This document shows, piece by piece, positions 13,335-37,770 of a stretch of 64,000 nucleotides of DNA (positions within the stretch are counted from its first letter, which is position 1; every line of letters starts with the position of its first letter). Source of the DNA: Amoebidium appalachense. Its lineage: Eukaryota; Protista; Ichthyosporea. Location of the stretch: contig CAVNZM010000013.1 of the NCBI GenBank assembly GCA_963693365.1, positions 8,680,940-8,744,939 of the forward strand. Direction: 5' to 3'. A program made the translations under genes and the position numbers. The notes under the pieces were generated by a model, which saw only the letters and a list, made by a program, of their open reading frames with translations, made no database searches and was not told the origin of the DNA.

Positions 13335-16300
13335 GGGGGGGAGAGAGGGGGGACTAAGGTACCTCGTCCACGATGAAGATGACGTGGTGTTTCTTGAGGA
13401 TGGTCTGCAGCCGGCGGAAAAACTCGGGGCTGGCATGCCGGTCCCCACCTTCGGACTGGGGGCACATGTCAGCATGGGGGCTAAAAGGCTCAGGGGCAGG
13501 CCCAAAGCTAGGTAGGAGCTCATAGAAAAAGACACATGGGCAAGCAATAAAAGGTCACACAGGCCCCTGGATTGGGGGGTAGGCAAAAGTACGCAAACAC
13601 CCCTTATGCGATGCCGGGGGTGGAGGGGACGGGAGATGCACATTGTGGGTGCACATTAGGGAAGGTTGACTTGAATGCAAGGGCACAAACTAACTATGCA
13701 AGGGCACAGACTAAGGGCACAGAGTAACTATGCAAGGGCACAGACTAAGGGCACAGACTAACTATGCAAGGGCACAGACGAAGGGCACAGACTAACTATG
13801 CAAGGGCACAGACTAACTATGCAAGGGCACAGACTAACTATGCAAGGGCACAGACTGGCTAGGTGTGCATACACCAGGGAGGAGGCTACCTGGATGGGCT
13901 CCACGATGCATGCAGCCACCGGCTTGGGCCACTCAGTAATCAGCCGCTCAACCTCGGCTAGGCACCGGTCCTCCTCGGCCCTGCATGCCCAGTCCCCACT
14001 TAGTATGGATCAGGCACACAGCACTGGTACCATGCTATGTTAAATATGGGAGACGATTATTAAAATTCACCAAGCTGGTTGGATGAGAGTATTCTAGGCC
14101 ACGACAGGGGGCCAATCAATTATCTATCATATAGGGACCAGGCAAAAACACAGCCCGGAACCAATCAGATTACATCCACAAGCCACTGTATGCATGCATG
14201 TCTCCACCCACCCACGATCATGCAAGTGAAACATGTACCTGTTTTCCGCAGCAAAGTCTTCCAATGGATACTGCAGCTTGGGGAAGGGCGCAGCCGGCCA
14301 GTTGAAGGCAGGGATGTCGACTTTGTGCAAAGCCTTGGACCGTGTGGTGGACAGTGTGCTGGGGGAGGGGGGGGAGGGGGGGGGGGGTGGGGTAATAGAG
14401 GGGTAATGAGTTTGTGCCGGGAGCAAAATCAAGAAGCCAACAGGAGAGAAGATTGGCATGTCTGGTGTGGGTGAGGGATGGCCCAGGCACTTGGGGGCAC
14501 CACAATGGCCATGCACTGCCCTGTGGTGGCACAAGAAACAAGGTCGTGGGCAAGTAGAGAAGTGTGCTGAGGTCAAGAGGTGAGCGTGGTGGGCAGGCAG
14601 GGAGGGCCGGAAGGGGCCCGGGGGGGGGGGGGGGGGGGGTGAAAAAGGAGGAAGAGAGAGCCGGAGAGAGTGAAGGAGTCGAAAGGGGTTGCAGCCAAAA
14701 GAAGGATGACAAACAACATGGTGTGAAATCACCTACTGGCGGCAAACTACGAGCTCGTGCAAGGGCCCGACGGGACAAAATGGGCATGTAAAATGAAGGA
14801 ATACTGATGCGAGCAACAGGGCAAGGACACTTGGTTTTCTGAAAATATCCAACAGCCACATGCAATAAACACTCAAACGGGTGGGGGGGGGGGGGGGGGG
14901 GGGGGGGGGGAGGGGGAAGGGGAAGGGCGGAATGGAAGGGGGGAGAGGGGGGAAGGGTAGCATTTGAAGTCAGTAGGCAGGGTCTGGGATGGGGAAGGGC
15001 AGCGATTTCCGGGCAGGCAGGCGCATGGGTGTGGGGGCACATACCTGCTGATTCTACCGTGGAAACCAGTCTGGAAGGAGAGGATGCACAGTTCGGGGGA
15101 CCCTGGGGCCTCATTGCGCATACAGCTGCTGAGTTCCTCGGCTGAAGGGGACAGGGGGGGGGGGGGGGGGGGGAGGGTTAGAATGCGCTAAAGCGAACAA
15201 AGGACATATTCATAACGGACAACCCGCTGCAGAGTATACATAATAAGCAGAACCCATCCTGAGCTGCGCCCCAAATCATCCACAGTACCGCATTGGGGCT
15301 TGCGCGGGGGGGGGGGGGGGGGGGGGGGGGGTCCACACGCAACCCCATAAAACACCCGAGCAAGTTTCTCTGGGTCACACACACATACACACCATAACCC
15401 ACCCGAGAATGGCACGTTGGGCCCGCCCCTCTTGCGCTGCTGATGGAACATGTAAGCCGCCTTGAAGGCATTCTCATTGGCACACGACCCACACATGGCC
15501 GTGAACACCTGCAGCCACAACACGTCAGAACCATGGGGGGCGGGGAGGTGGTAGGAGGCACCCAGAGGACACATGGGGAGAAGGGGAGCGGGGGGCTTGA
15601 GGCGGATAGTGCAACGGGAGATTGCCCAGTGAAGCAAACTGAGTGGCTTTATATCATAGAAAAGGGGAAACAAAGGCAAAAGAAACGGGGGATGGGTGTG
15701 TGTGTGTGTGTGTGCAGGCACGAGACCTGTGAGAATCTCTTTGGAGCCAGCTTCATGACTGACGACTGCACAAGCTCAGGCCAGTCCTTGGGCGGTAGCA
15801 CACCCAGGGCTGGGCGGTTGACAATGTAGCGCATCCACTCCTGAAGGGGGTTAGTTAGCCCCCGTGTCTGTCTGCCCTCCCAGCATCTATCTGTCCTCCC
15901 TTGCCTCCCTATTTCCTAACGTGCCATGAAGGGGATACCCCATGCATAAAAGCTACATACTCGCTTATCCTATGATAGGCATCTGCCCCCACCCTCCAAC
16001 ACACATATGCAATCATATCTATCATACCCCCACCAACACATCCACAGTAGCCCCATATCAAAGCCACATTGCTTGCAAAACCCTAGCAGTATGCAGATCA
16101 AAGCACCGTCAGGAGTGAACAATTGAAAAGGGTGAGGGAGATGCACAGGCAGCGTGCTATGTGGGGGCATGGTGTGTGAACAGACAATTCTACCTCTGAG
16201 CTGCTTGCAGCCAGCAGGGTTGGGTTGTTGTAGCCCAGCGCCAGTGAGGCAATCTGCAAAAGATGCACGTCAGCACCACAATACATGTCCAATAGCACAT

Positions 16301-16422
16301 GAGGAGTGGACACCCCCCCCCCCCCCCCCCCCACAAAAAAAAAACAAGACAAAAAAAAAAAAACACCCACATTCTAAACACACCACACAAGACACACTGA
16401 CTGACACACACACACATGCATG

Positions 16423-16476
<54 letters not shown>

Positions 16477-16681
16477 GAAAGTAAACACACACGGAGGAAG
16501 GGGGAGGGAGGGAGGGAGGGAGGGGGGAGGGAGAAGGGGTTGGGGGGAGGAAGGGGAGAGGTAGAGAGAGGGCAGAGGGGGAGAGAGAGAAGCCCCTCCC
16601 CCTCCCCCTCCCCCCCCCCCAAAAAAAAACAAAAAAAAACACCCACACTCTAAACACACCACACAAGACACACTGACTGTT

Positions 16682-16727
<46 letters not shown>

Positions 16728-17779
16728 GGCACCCATATACCACACACGGAGGAAGGGAGGAAGGGAGGGAGGGAGGGAGGGAGCAAGGGGGGGAGAAGGG
16801 GGTTTGGGGGGGGGGGGGGGGGGGGGGGGGGTGGGGGGGGGGGGGGGGGGGGGGGGGGGGAGGGGGGCGCGGGGGGAGGGAGGGGAGAGAGGATAGAAAT
16901 AGGGCAGAGGGGAGAGAGCGAAAGGGGCGGGAGAGAGAGAAGAGAGACTGAGGTTGAGAGAGGAGGGAGACGAAGAGGAAGAAAGGAAAAGGGGGGGGAG
17001 GGGGGGGGGGGGGGGGGATGAAAAGAGCGCCACACACCCCATTCGTCAATGCCATGGCAACAACACAAACCTACACAAAAATATGACCCAAGTAGGGCTG
17101 CATGCAGGCACACTAAAGAGCATGCAGAGCACGTGCCTGGCAGAAGACATCCAGCAGCACATTGCCGTCCGCATCCACAAGATAGTTGCCCACAGACCGC
17201 TCCATGTCCGTCACTAGCTGCACTGCACGGGGGTCCTGGTACCTGCCAGATAGAGGCATGGGTTTGAATATGCTGCCTCTAGGACCTAGGCAGAGTGCCT
17301 GCCAAATATGGCCTATGGGTATAAGTATGCCTGCCGAATATGGCCTATGGGTATAAGTATGCGTGCCAAATATGGCCTATGGGTATAAGTATGCCTGCCG
17401 AATATGGCACATTATCAGTATCCCTGCCAAATATGGCCTATAGATATCAGTGCCCTGCCAAATATGGGCAAATCATCAGTATACCTGCCAACTATATGTG
17501 TAAAAGTGTGTCTGCATGGGAGAAGTTTGGTATTGACCAGCGGTACTTGTGTGTACGTGAAAAAAAAAGGGAGGGGGGGGGGGGGGGGGGGGGGGGGGGA
17601 CTGGCTGAAGGAGGTTCCAAGAAGTAATATACATACTGTCTTAGGCTGAGGTATGTGGCAAATTTCATTGTTGTATGCACTCGTTGCTTCCCCCCCCCCC
17701 CCCCCCCCCCCCTCCCCCCGCCTCCCCAGGGGTCTTTGACAGTAAGGGGAGAACAGGAAGGGAAGGAGGGGCCCGGGGG

Positions 17780-17815
<36 letters not shown>

Positions 17816-18929
17816 GGGGGGGGGGGGATTTGAGTCTGGAAAACTTCCTCTCTTACCCCCCGCACCTTCCCTCTCCTCCGCTTCTATTCCAGTTTCAACC
17901 ACACATGCATATCCCGTAATGCCCTCCCCCCCCCCCCCCCCCCTCCCCCTCCCCCCCCCCCCCCCCGGGCTGCGCGCGCTCCCTCCCCCCGAAACACACA
18001 CACACACACACAGAACCATCATCATCGGCAGTTCTTGTGTTGAATATGCAAAGCTTAAGTGCTTAGGAAGGGCTTCTGCCAGGCCAGTTTCTAGACATAG
18101 AGGCCTAGAAGCGATCAATAATGGGAAGAAAGGAGAGAAGGTAGGGGCCTGCAAAGCAGCAGGCTAACATGACCAAACCCTAAGGGCAGGTGGGAAGGCC
18201 CATGTTAGCCCAGCTGTGCCAATGCATCTGCAAGTTTATGCATATGCTGTGTGCATGCACGCACGTACTTATGTGTTTGCTGGTTTATGTGCTTGTGCCT
18301 TTGTGTGTTTTGGGCATGTGTGCCTATGTGTGTGCCTGTGTGTGTGCCTGTGATTGTGCCTGTGTATGCCTGTGTGTGTGCCTGTGTGTGTGGCAGGCAG
18401 GCACGTACTGGTCCAGTGCTTTGAGTGCCTCCTTGCCCTTTGGCCCCGGTATGGCGGCCGTGTGCACGTGCGGCCTGCTGGGCTCGTGCGGGAACAAACT
18501 GTCAACGCTGCTGGTGCCCTCGCTGGCCGCAGCCGCTGCAGTGGCCTTGTGCCGGCGCCTACGAGGGGAGAGTCTTTGTTACTTGACCTGGCTACAGATC
18601 ATCACATCAGGGGGGCGTGTTGTTTTCATAGGGCTTGTTAGAGAATACCGCGCACATAGACCAAACTTATAATCAGCCCCTCCCTGTGCCATTCTATTCT
18701 GACACTTTTGCGTGTAAGCAAACCCTTCTCGCCCATACCCATACTGGTGCATAACTACAGGTCACTTCGTCCAGTGTCCCATCTACCCTCCCAACCATCT
18801 ACCCTACCACCCATCTACCCTCCCAACCCTCAACCTCACTCACCCCTGGCACCAGGGAGCTAGCGCAGTACACAATGCAGGGCTGGCCCGCCTGGTTCCT
18901 AGCTCACGTGCAACGCGAAGAAGCGACAT
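8402..18929 (-). CDS. ABAT: 4-aminobutyrate aminotransferase (GABA transaminase), mitochondrial, class-III PLP enzyme; ~16 exons
   Basis: Spliced exons: 18929-18844 ([18 protein letters not shown], Arg-rich presequence), 18558-18409 ([19 protein letters not shown]), 17242-17137 ([20 protein letters not shown]), ~16253-16193 ([11 protein letters not shown]), ~15842-15727 ([10 protein letters not shown]), ~15508-15403 ([14 protein letters not shown]), ~15142-15045 ([11 protein letters not shown]), ~14358-14238 ([19 protein letters not shown]), ~13980-13889 (IVEPIQ), ~13455-13363 ([13 protein letters not shown]...IVDE), ~12843-12744 ([15 protein letters not shown]...[11 protein letters not shown] lysine), ~12200-12138 ([11 protein letters not shown]), ~11418-11250 (WMGDP), ~10996-10923, ~9225-9165 ([15 protein letters not shown]), ~8464-8402 (stop). 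Motifs match animal/fungal GABA-T as I recall it. Confidence 0.95.
10003..10882 (-). mobile_element. Two tandem, apparently identical copies (450-bp period) of the poly-C-anchored intronic repeat family, variant A
   Basis: 10003-10432 matches 10453-10882. Each copy begins on + with polyG-tttgaatgcg and contains cataagcagagcccatcctcaggg...cccgtcttgatcaaagacgagcagggttgcttatgc, shared with the copy at 25726 and in part with those at 15178 and 27937. Located in an ABAT intron. Confidence 0.85.
13675..13855. repeat. Minisatellite, 21-bp unit actaactatgcaagggcacag with 13-bp partial units
   Basis: Directly visible in an ABAT intron. Confidence 0.9.
15178..15306 (-). mobile_element. Truncated copy of the poly-C-anchored repeat family, variant C
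   Basis: polyG-ttagaatgcgc...ataataagcagaacccatcctg...atcatccacagtacc...-polyG; sits in the C-rich tract just upstream of the ABAT acceptor at ~15143. Confidence 0.75.
17297..17470. repeat. ~31-32-bp minisatellite, each unit containing CC(A/G)AATATGG (CArG-box-like)
   Basis: Unit gcctgccaaatatggcctatgggtataagtat, ~6 copies, in ABAT intron 2. Confidence 0.85.
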
Positions 18930-19117
18930 TATGATAACTATTCGAGAGCTCTCTAAAACACTGTTGCAACTGACAGCAAACTTTATGAGAACTTGAAACA
19001 AAAAAAAGGCCCCCTGGAAGCGATTTGAAGGCGGCTGCATATACACAACATGAGCCAAAAGCGGCGAAAAGTGTCTCACTATATAGTGCTATGATTGGGT
19101 AACCTAAAAAAGGAAAA

Positions 19118-19130
19118 CCAAATATGGTAA
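19118..19130. promoter_or_regulatory. Candidate CArG box (SRF/Mcm1-type MADS site) ~190 bp upstream of the ABAT start
   Basis: CCAAATATGGTAA = CC(A/T)6GG with an Mcm1-like TAA flank; motif match only. Confidence 0.3.
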
Positions 19131-19807
19131 TGTCAACAAAGAGGCATTTTTAAAACTGATAGCACACACGTTCTTATTATTGTTTGCTATGCGTAAAAAA
19201 TACAATAAACTGCATATATTTCTGATTATAATACGTTTATTGTCTTTATTGGCTGTATTAAACATGCACATGTTGCCCGCTTCTGTTATTATTTAATCTC
19301 CCGAACTGTCGGACCTAGCACTGGGCGTTTGCGCACAAAGCAGTATTTTCAGCTGATAGCTATGATTGGATAACAATCAGGTATTCAGTTGTACCGATAC
19401 CGAACATACGTCATTCCAACTGTTGTGGCTGTTGCCAGGCTCGAGACTCCACAACCGGCCGTGACTCTTCAGTGTCACTCCAGTCTCTTGCAACCGACTG
19501 AGTCAGCGAGTCTCCCTGCAGTACACTAGGCACAGGTCTGGGGAAAAGCCTTGACAATACATTATGTATCTTGTACAGGCCGATGGGAATGTTCAACACA
19601 TAACCTGATGATCACCATGAGGGCTATAATGTACGAATCATCCAGCTCCCGAATAAACACAGGCTCATGCGCATGCGTGCATGCGCATTTACATTTCGGT
19701 TACAGTATTACTTTTGTCAACTTTTATGGTCTTTCATGTTCGAGGCTCTACATAGTGCCTGGCTAGAGCGGTCGTCTAGACGTCTGGAAGCACCCCCCTC
19801 CCCCCCC

Positions 19808-19848
<41 letters not shown>

Positions 19849-20070
19849 ACCACCACCACCACCACCACCACCACCGGCCCCGCCAACCCGGGCCCGGCCA
19901 ACACACACGTGCACACGTGTAGTGCACACACACACAGACACACAAAAAAAAAAAAAAAAAAAAAAAACGAAAAAGAAAAAAGACCGTTTTTTTTGTGTGT
20001 GTGTGTGTGCACTACACGTGTCTGTGTGCCGGGCCCGGGAATTATTAAGCGGGTTGTGTGTGTGTGTGTG

Positions 20071-20109
<39 letters not shown>

Positions 20110-20698
20110 TATTGTCGAGCTAGCCTTTGTGCCACCGGTGCTGTTAACGTGTGCATATTTGCATATAAAAAATTGTAAGTACGTATCACGGAACTGTGTT
20201 GGAGTTGGGGTTTGCAGCGACCAAGCAGCAGACGGCCACACACTCCAGGCAGGTAGCTGTGAGAGGTGCAATGTCATGCAGCAACCTCACATTCAAGTAT
20301 ATAAAATATTTGGGTGTCCTTTTGTGCCCCATTTTCTACACACACACCCTCTCTCTCAGTCTGACTGCACACCCATGGGCAATCCACTCACACCGAACAA
20401 ATTCACTCACTACGCCCATACGGTCGTGTGCCAGAAGCAAACACAAGAACCTTGCCACACAATTTCAAATGAACCGGACCTAACAATTTCTTAATTCTGC
20501 ACCCACTCACATTGCATATGCTTGTGCTATCGAACCCTGGATTCAGGCCCCTAGCGCTTAACAGGGGTTCATATTTCGATGGCATATTAGGCTGCCACAG
20601 GCAGACTACCAGCACATGTGGCCCGACACAGAATGTCCATTCGTGCATATCATTCATTCACCATATGCATCCACATGTACACCCCACGCCCCCGGGGC

Positions 20699-33042
<12,344 letters not shown>

Positions 33043-33645
33043 CTTGTGATCCCTACCTTAAGAGCAACGTACGAGACTTACCGTGTCGTGAATATACGTT
33101 GGCTTCAACTTCCAGTCCTCACTCACACAACCGTCTCTTCTCTGTAATCAAATTGCGATCGCCATCGGTTGTAGGAGGAATATTTGAGATGTGTACGACT
33201 CAGCGATTGCGGGAGATGAAAATGGTTTGGTCCAGGTTTGTAGCCTCACAGGTTGACAAAGCACTGAGGGAGGCTCCGGATTGTTGGACAAAGTGCAAGA
33301 TGACAGTTCATTTGTATGTTGTATGTAACGTCGCTTCTACTTGTGCCACATAATTTTGTTGGGTGGAAGTACTGTTGGCCTTGGTGCCGACACATCATTA
33401 CAACTCACATACATGTCTTCAATAAACAGCACATTCCCCCCCCCACTTGACAGTTTCAAAGACAGACGTTTTGTTGCCCACCCCCTAAGTTAGGCTAGCG
33501 CCTCTTGCTCCTGCTGCCTTGCTTGAACCAGGATACAGTCCCAGACTACATTAGCCATGGACACACCCACGGTCAGCCCCCCAGCAAGCTATATCCCTGG
33601 TGAGCCAGAGGGGGTGCACCGTGCCTATGAAGGTGACCCGGATGA

Positions 33646-33835
33646 CTATGATGGCACGTTTGGGTTTGCCGGTGGGATGGGCTGTGGTTTCGGCCTGCAG
33701 CTGTCAGCACACACGGTGAGTGCTGGAGGTGACAAAGTCACCAACACTTGTGTTGCTTGACCTCCTCCCCCCTCCCCCCTCCCCCCCCCCCCCCCTCTCC
33801 CCCCCCCCCCCTCTCCCCTCCTTCCTTTTTTTTTT

Positions 33836-33878
<43 letters not shown>

Positions 33879-34790
33879 GGGGGGGGGGGGGATATGCTGT
33901 ATATGCTGGAAGAAGGGAGAAGGACAGGGGACATAGCCATTGGGTGAGGGGTTGACGAGAGAGCAAGCGAATAAAAGGTGGGGAGGGTGTGTGAGTGGTG
34001 CCAAGGGGTGGGGGGGGGGGGGGGGGGGGGGGGGGGGAGGCCAAGGTGGGAGACGGGGACTTTTAGCAGAGGGTGTTCACGACATGCACTGGTCAAAGTC
34101 TAACACTGATGTTCCTTCTCTGCAGGGCTGGGGCTGGGGCTGGGGTTTCGGTTGGAACTTTGGTAAAGGTGCGGGTGGTGGGGGGGAGGGGGAGGCGGGA
34201 TAGGTGCCTTTGGCGGTGGAGGAGGTGGGGGTGGGGGTGCGGGGGGTGCTGGGGGCGGAGGGGGCGGTGATGGTGGGGGTGGGGGTGGTGGGGGTGGTGG
34301 AAGCTTAGGACCAAGTGGTGGGGGTGGGGGGAGGCGGGGGAGGAGAGGGGCAGAGTGATGGGGGTGGGGGGGGAGAGGGTGGGGGGCCGCAGTATGCAAA
34401 CAAAGTGTACCTGCTACAAAACGCTAGATTATTACTTAAAGGATCTGAACACGTAATTTCCTGCGGCCCAAACAGTGTCTCCAGGGTGCAGTGTGGAGGA
34501 GGAGGGGGAGGAGGGTTTAAGGGTGCAGGGGGTGGCGGTGGGTCAGGGAGTGATGGTGGTGGGGGTGGGGGGTGGAGGAAACGATGGTGGAGGTGGGGGA
34601 GGAGGTGGTGAGAATGCGCCAGACGAAGCACGCAGGCAGTATGGCACCGAGCAGTCAGGCGGCGGGGGTGGTGGTGGTGGTGGGGTTCCTCAGGGTGGGG
34701 GTGGAGGAGGCGGTGGGGGGGGTGAACATGGTGGGGACGGGCATGGGGGTGGTGGCGGGGGAGAATTTTACGGGTTCTCGGTTCACTCAT
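33646..34790 (-). CDS. Proline-rich (extensin-like) protein with short Cys-containing spacers; frame broken at C-homopolymers (sequencing error or pseudogene)
   Basis: Mixed CCA/CCT/CCG/CCC Pro codons, unlike the pure intronic poly-C, separated by spacers DCSVPYCLRASSGAFS, HCTLETLFGPQEITCSDPLSNNLAFCSRYTLFAYCG and TRTFTKVPTETPAPAP. The Pro frame shifts several times. Start and end are uncertain. Confidence 0.45.
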
Positions 34791-35451
34791 AGCATATTAA
34801 GCAACCTGTACATGCCAAGTTTTAGACTTCAGTTTCGTCCCTCAAGTGGTGGGGCCTAAATAAAGTTAGGAGGTGTTTGCTTGTAGCACACCACGAGCAT
34901 CTGTCATGTGTGCACGTCCGCATATGTGACGACCGTGCTTGCGCATATGCACGGTGCACTTTCAACGAAGAGAGATCTGCGAGAGGTGAGAGCCAAAATG
35001 GGACCAGAGTAAGAGAGAGTACAAGTGGAGGAGAGATGTGCTTACATTTGTGTTTGTGTGTACGTGTGTGTGTGGAAACGTGCAGGCAGAAGACTGAAAG
35101 AAGGAACCTGAAGAAAAGGCAACGTGCAAGTGAATATATTCGAACATATTACGCACTGCTGTGGGAGGGAAAGCTTAAGACCTCGAGGATATTTCTTGCC
35201 TACAGCGCAAAACATGGCCATCCCAGATGGCAGTGCCACCAGGTCCCTGAGCACATAGTATTCGTGCCTTGGTTTACTCTTCACACTACTGCTCGAAAGC
35301 CCCCAAGAAAGCATACAAGGCTCTAAGCACTAGTCCCTCTCTACTAGTGCCTCTATACAGCTTACACAGCCGTGTGACTAGGAATTACAATTGCATGCAC
35401 TCACTAGTACTACCAGCAGCCACATCTATACACAGGCCAGCTACGGCCCCT

Positions 35452-36177
35452 TCACTCCTTGCTCTCTTTCTCCTTCCCCTTCCCAGTGAGTGCGTTCCAG
35501 GCCCCGGTGACTATTTCGAAGTATGCCGTGGGCCTGTATGTGCCGTTCAGTACGCCGGGTGCCAGCAACAGGACCGCAGCAAGTACAGCCGTGCCCGCCA
35601 GTGCGTCGGTCTTGTCCCCCTTATATATGCCCTTCTTCAGTAGCCCACTCACCACGGCCGCAGTGGCCAGTGCGTAAGCCGTGGCTCCCACGACCCTGTG
35701 TATGCGCCTGAGCACGACCTTTGCCTTCTCCACTGACCCGTATGCCTGTGTGTTGTAGCGCGCCACCCAGCCGGGCAGGTCCTCCTCCTTGGCCATGGGG
35801 CTGGACACGGCCCCGTTCATAATAGCCCACACTGCAAACCCGGCTGCTGCGGCGCCCAGCTGGCCGTGGAGAGTCTGGAAGTGCGGCTTGTTGTCTGCCA
35901 CCTTGAGGTAGAACATGAGGCCAGACCCAGCAAGGGTGAGCACGGATGCTATGGTGTTGACCTGGCCGTGCCTCTCAATAAGCGCCTCCTTCTCCTTGGG
36001 GGGCAGGCTGCGTGCCTTGATTGCAAAGGTGATGGCGTTGGTGGAGGCTATGCCCCAGCCCACACTGACCAGCAGGGGGTGGTAGGTCCACAGCGACCCG
36101 TTGAAGTACGTGAACGCCACCCCCCCGGCCCACGCCGCACCGGCTACGCGGGCGCCGTTTAGTACCAGCTCAGACAT
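35452..36177 (-). CDS. Cytochrome b561-domain transmembrane reductase (CYB561D1/D2-like), intronless, 241 aa
   Basis: From MSELVLNG: multiple TM helices with four heme-ligand His in family spacing (WTYHPLL, IERHGQV, PHFQTLHGQLG, RRIHRVVG). The upstream 146 codons of the track ORF are low-complexity and probably non-coding. Confidence 0.85.
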   Translation of the reverse strand: MSELVLNGARVAGAAWAGGVAFTYFNGSLWTYHPLLVSVGWGIASTNAITFAIKARSLPPKEKEALIERHGQVNTIASVLTLAGSGLMFYLKVADNKPHFQTLHGQLGAAAAGFAVWAIMNGAVSSPMAKEEDLPGWVARYNTQAYGSVEKAKVVLRRIHRVVGATAYALATAAVVSGLLKKGIYKGDKTDALAGTAVLAAVLLLAPGVLNGTYRPTAYFEIVTGAWNALTGKGKEKESKE

Positions 36178-37770
36178 GGTGGAAGGAAACGACCAGGGCG
36201 AAAAAAAAGCACACAAGAAGTTCTGGGGCTGCCGGTCATTGCATTTTGGGGCCGGGGGTTCAACCGTTGGCGCCATTTTTGCACCCGATGACGTCACACG
36301 CAGGAGGGCTGTGGTACCACCGTACCGTGAGTCACATATGCATACCACCTTCTCAAGCTCTTCACGGCCATCTAGAGACTCTAGATGGCCGTGATCTCTT
36401 CTCAATCTCTTGCTCTCTCCCTCCCTCCCTTCCCTCCCCGGCCTTCCCTCCCCCCCACCCCCTCTCCCCCCTCCCTCCCTCCCTCCCTCCCTCCCCCCCC
36501 CTCCCCCCCCTCCCCCCGGCTCTCCCTCCTTCACGTCTCCCCCTTTACCTCCTCCCCCTCTGCTTCTTCCTCCTCCCCACTCCGCTTCTAACCCCTCCCA
36601 CTCCCTCTCTCCCAAGGGTCTCTCTCTCTCTGAGACTCTCCCTCTTGAGGCGTCCCTTCCCCACTCCCTCTCGCCCTCTTTCTCTTAGATCTCCCCCCCA
36701 ACCCCCCTCTGTATACGTAACACACAATGCAGTCCAGCAAGTTGGGCTGGCATGGCGCACCCGCATGCAATGGGTGTGCAGCTAGTGCACCAAGCTATTG
36801 TAATGAGCAAACAAATACGTCGTTCGGAAGAAATAACAGCCACTTGAACATCTCGCACATCACTCGAAAGAAATTCACAGCGAATTCTCACACGACTCTG
36901 CTATCAGAGAAGATCCAGACCTAAACGAGCACTCAATACAGATTCTTCGTTTTAGCTGCTTAACTTGTGCACTCGGTGAAGTATGCAAACGCCCTACTTG
37001 CAGTGTGGTAGCGTTCGTGTGATGTGAGCACTTTTCATGCCATGTGCTCAAATAATTCTAACACTCACACGAACGTGTTTACACCACAGGCGCAGCACAC
37101 AGCCATCATAGGCATACAGACACACGTGAACGCACCAAGACCGACTCCCCCCCCCCCCCCCAACCCTCCCCACGTGCGCCTTCTGCACGGGGTCCCCCTC
37201 GCTAATATAGCATACTATCCGGAGATTCTCCATGATGCTGTACAGTGGAAGTGTTGTTGCCCCGACATTTTGTCATCTAGATAGCTGTCATATTTGAACA
37301 TGCCAAGTTTAGCTTCTCGAACGCTCTAATGATACCGTAGGCTTACATACACACTGGTCCCTTAAATAAATGCAGATGCTTCTAAATTAAACTCTCTGCA
37401 TAGCATCTAAATCAACCCGAAATAGCAACTCCTACTAAACGAACCATACTCGTTCCTTGAATTTGAAGACAGAGAAGTGTTTGCCTTGGGTAAAACTAGA
37501 CAGTGTCTACTACATGCCTATCACACCACGTTCACCTCTTTATATACGTGCTCGCGTACACCTGCATCTTCTCGTACTCAACATTTTCTAAACTATATAT
37601 GTGTAGGATTCTGCTACACTTTTTCGGATAGCCTGTCGTAAGGAAAAATACAAGTGCGGTATCACACCTAGACCCTTGCGTGCATGGAATACCGAACAGC
37701 AACAGGTAGTTTCTAGACTAGCTCATCTTCACAACTGAGAAAAAGGAAGACAACAAACTTAACTGCTCAC

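Noticed and set aside
19411-19700. Small ORF between ABAT and the RBM5 3' end
   Set aside because: No ATG start, no recognisable motif and no convincing splice partners.
36178-36615. 146-aa N-terminal extension of the b561 ORF
   Set aside because: Mostly purine/G-run low complexity; b561 homology starts after Met at 36177.
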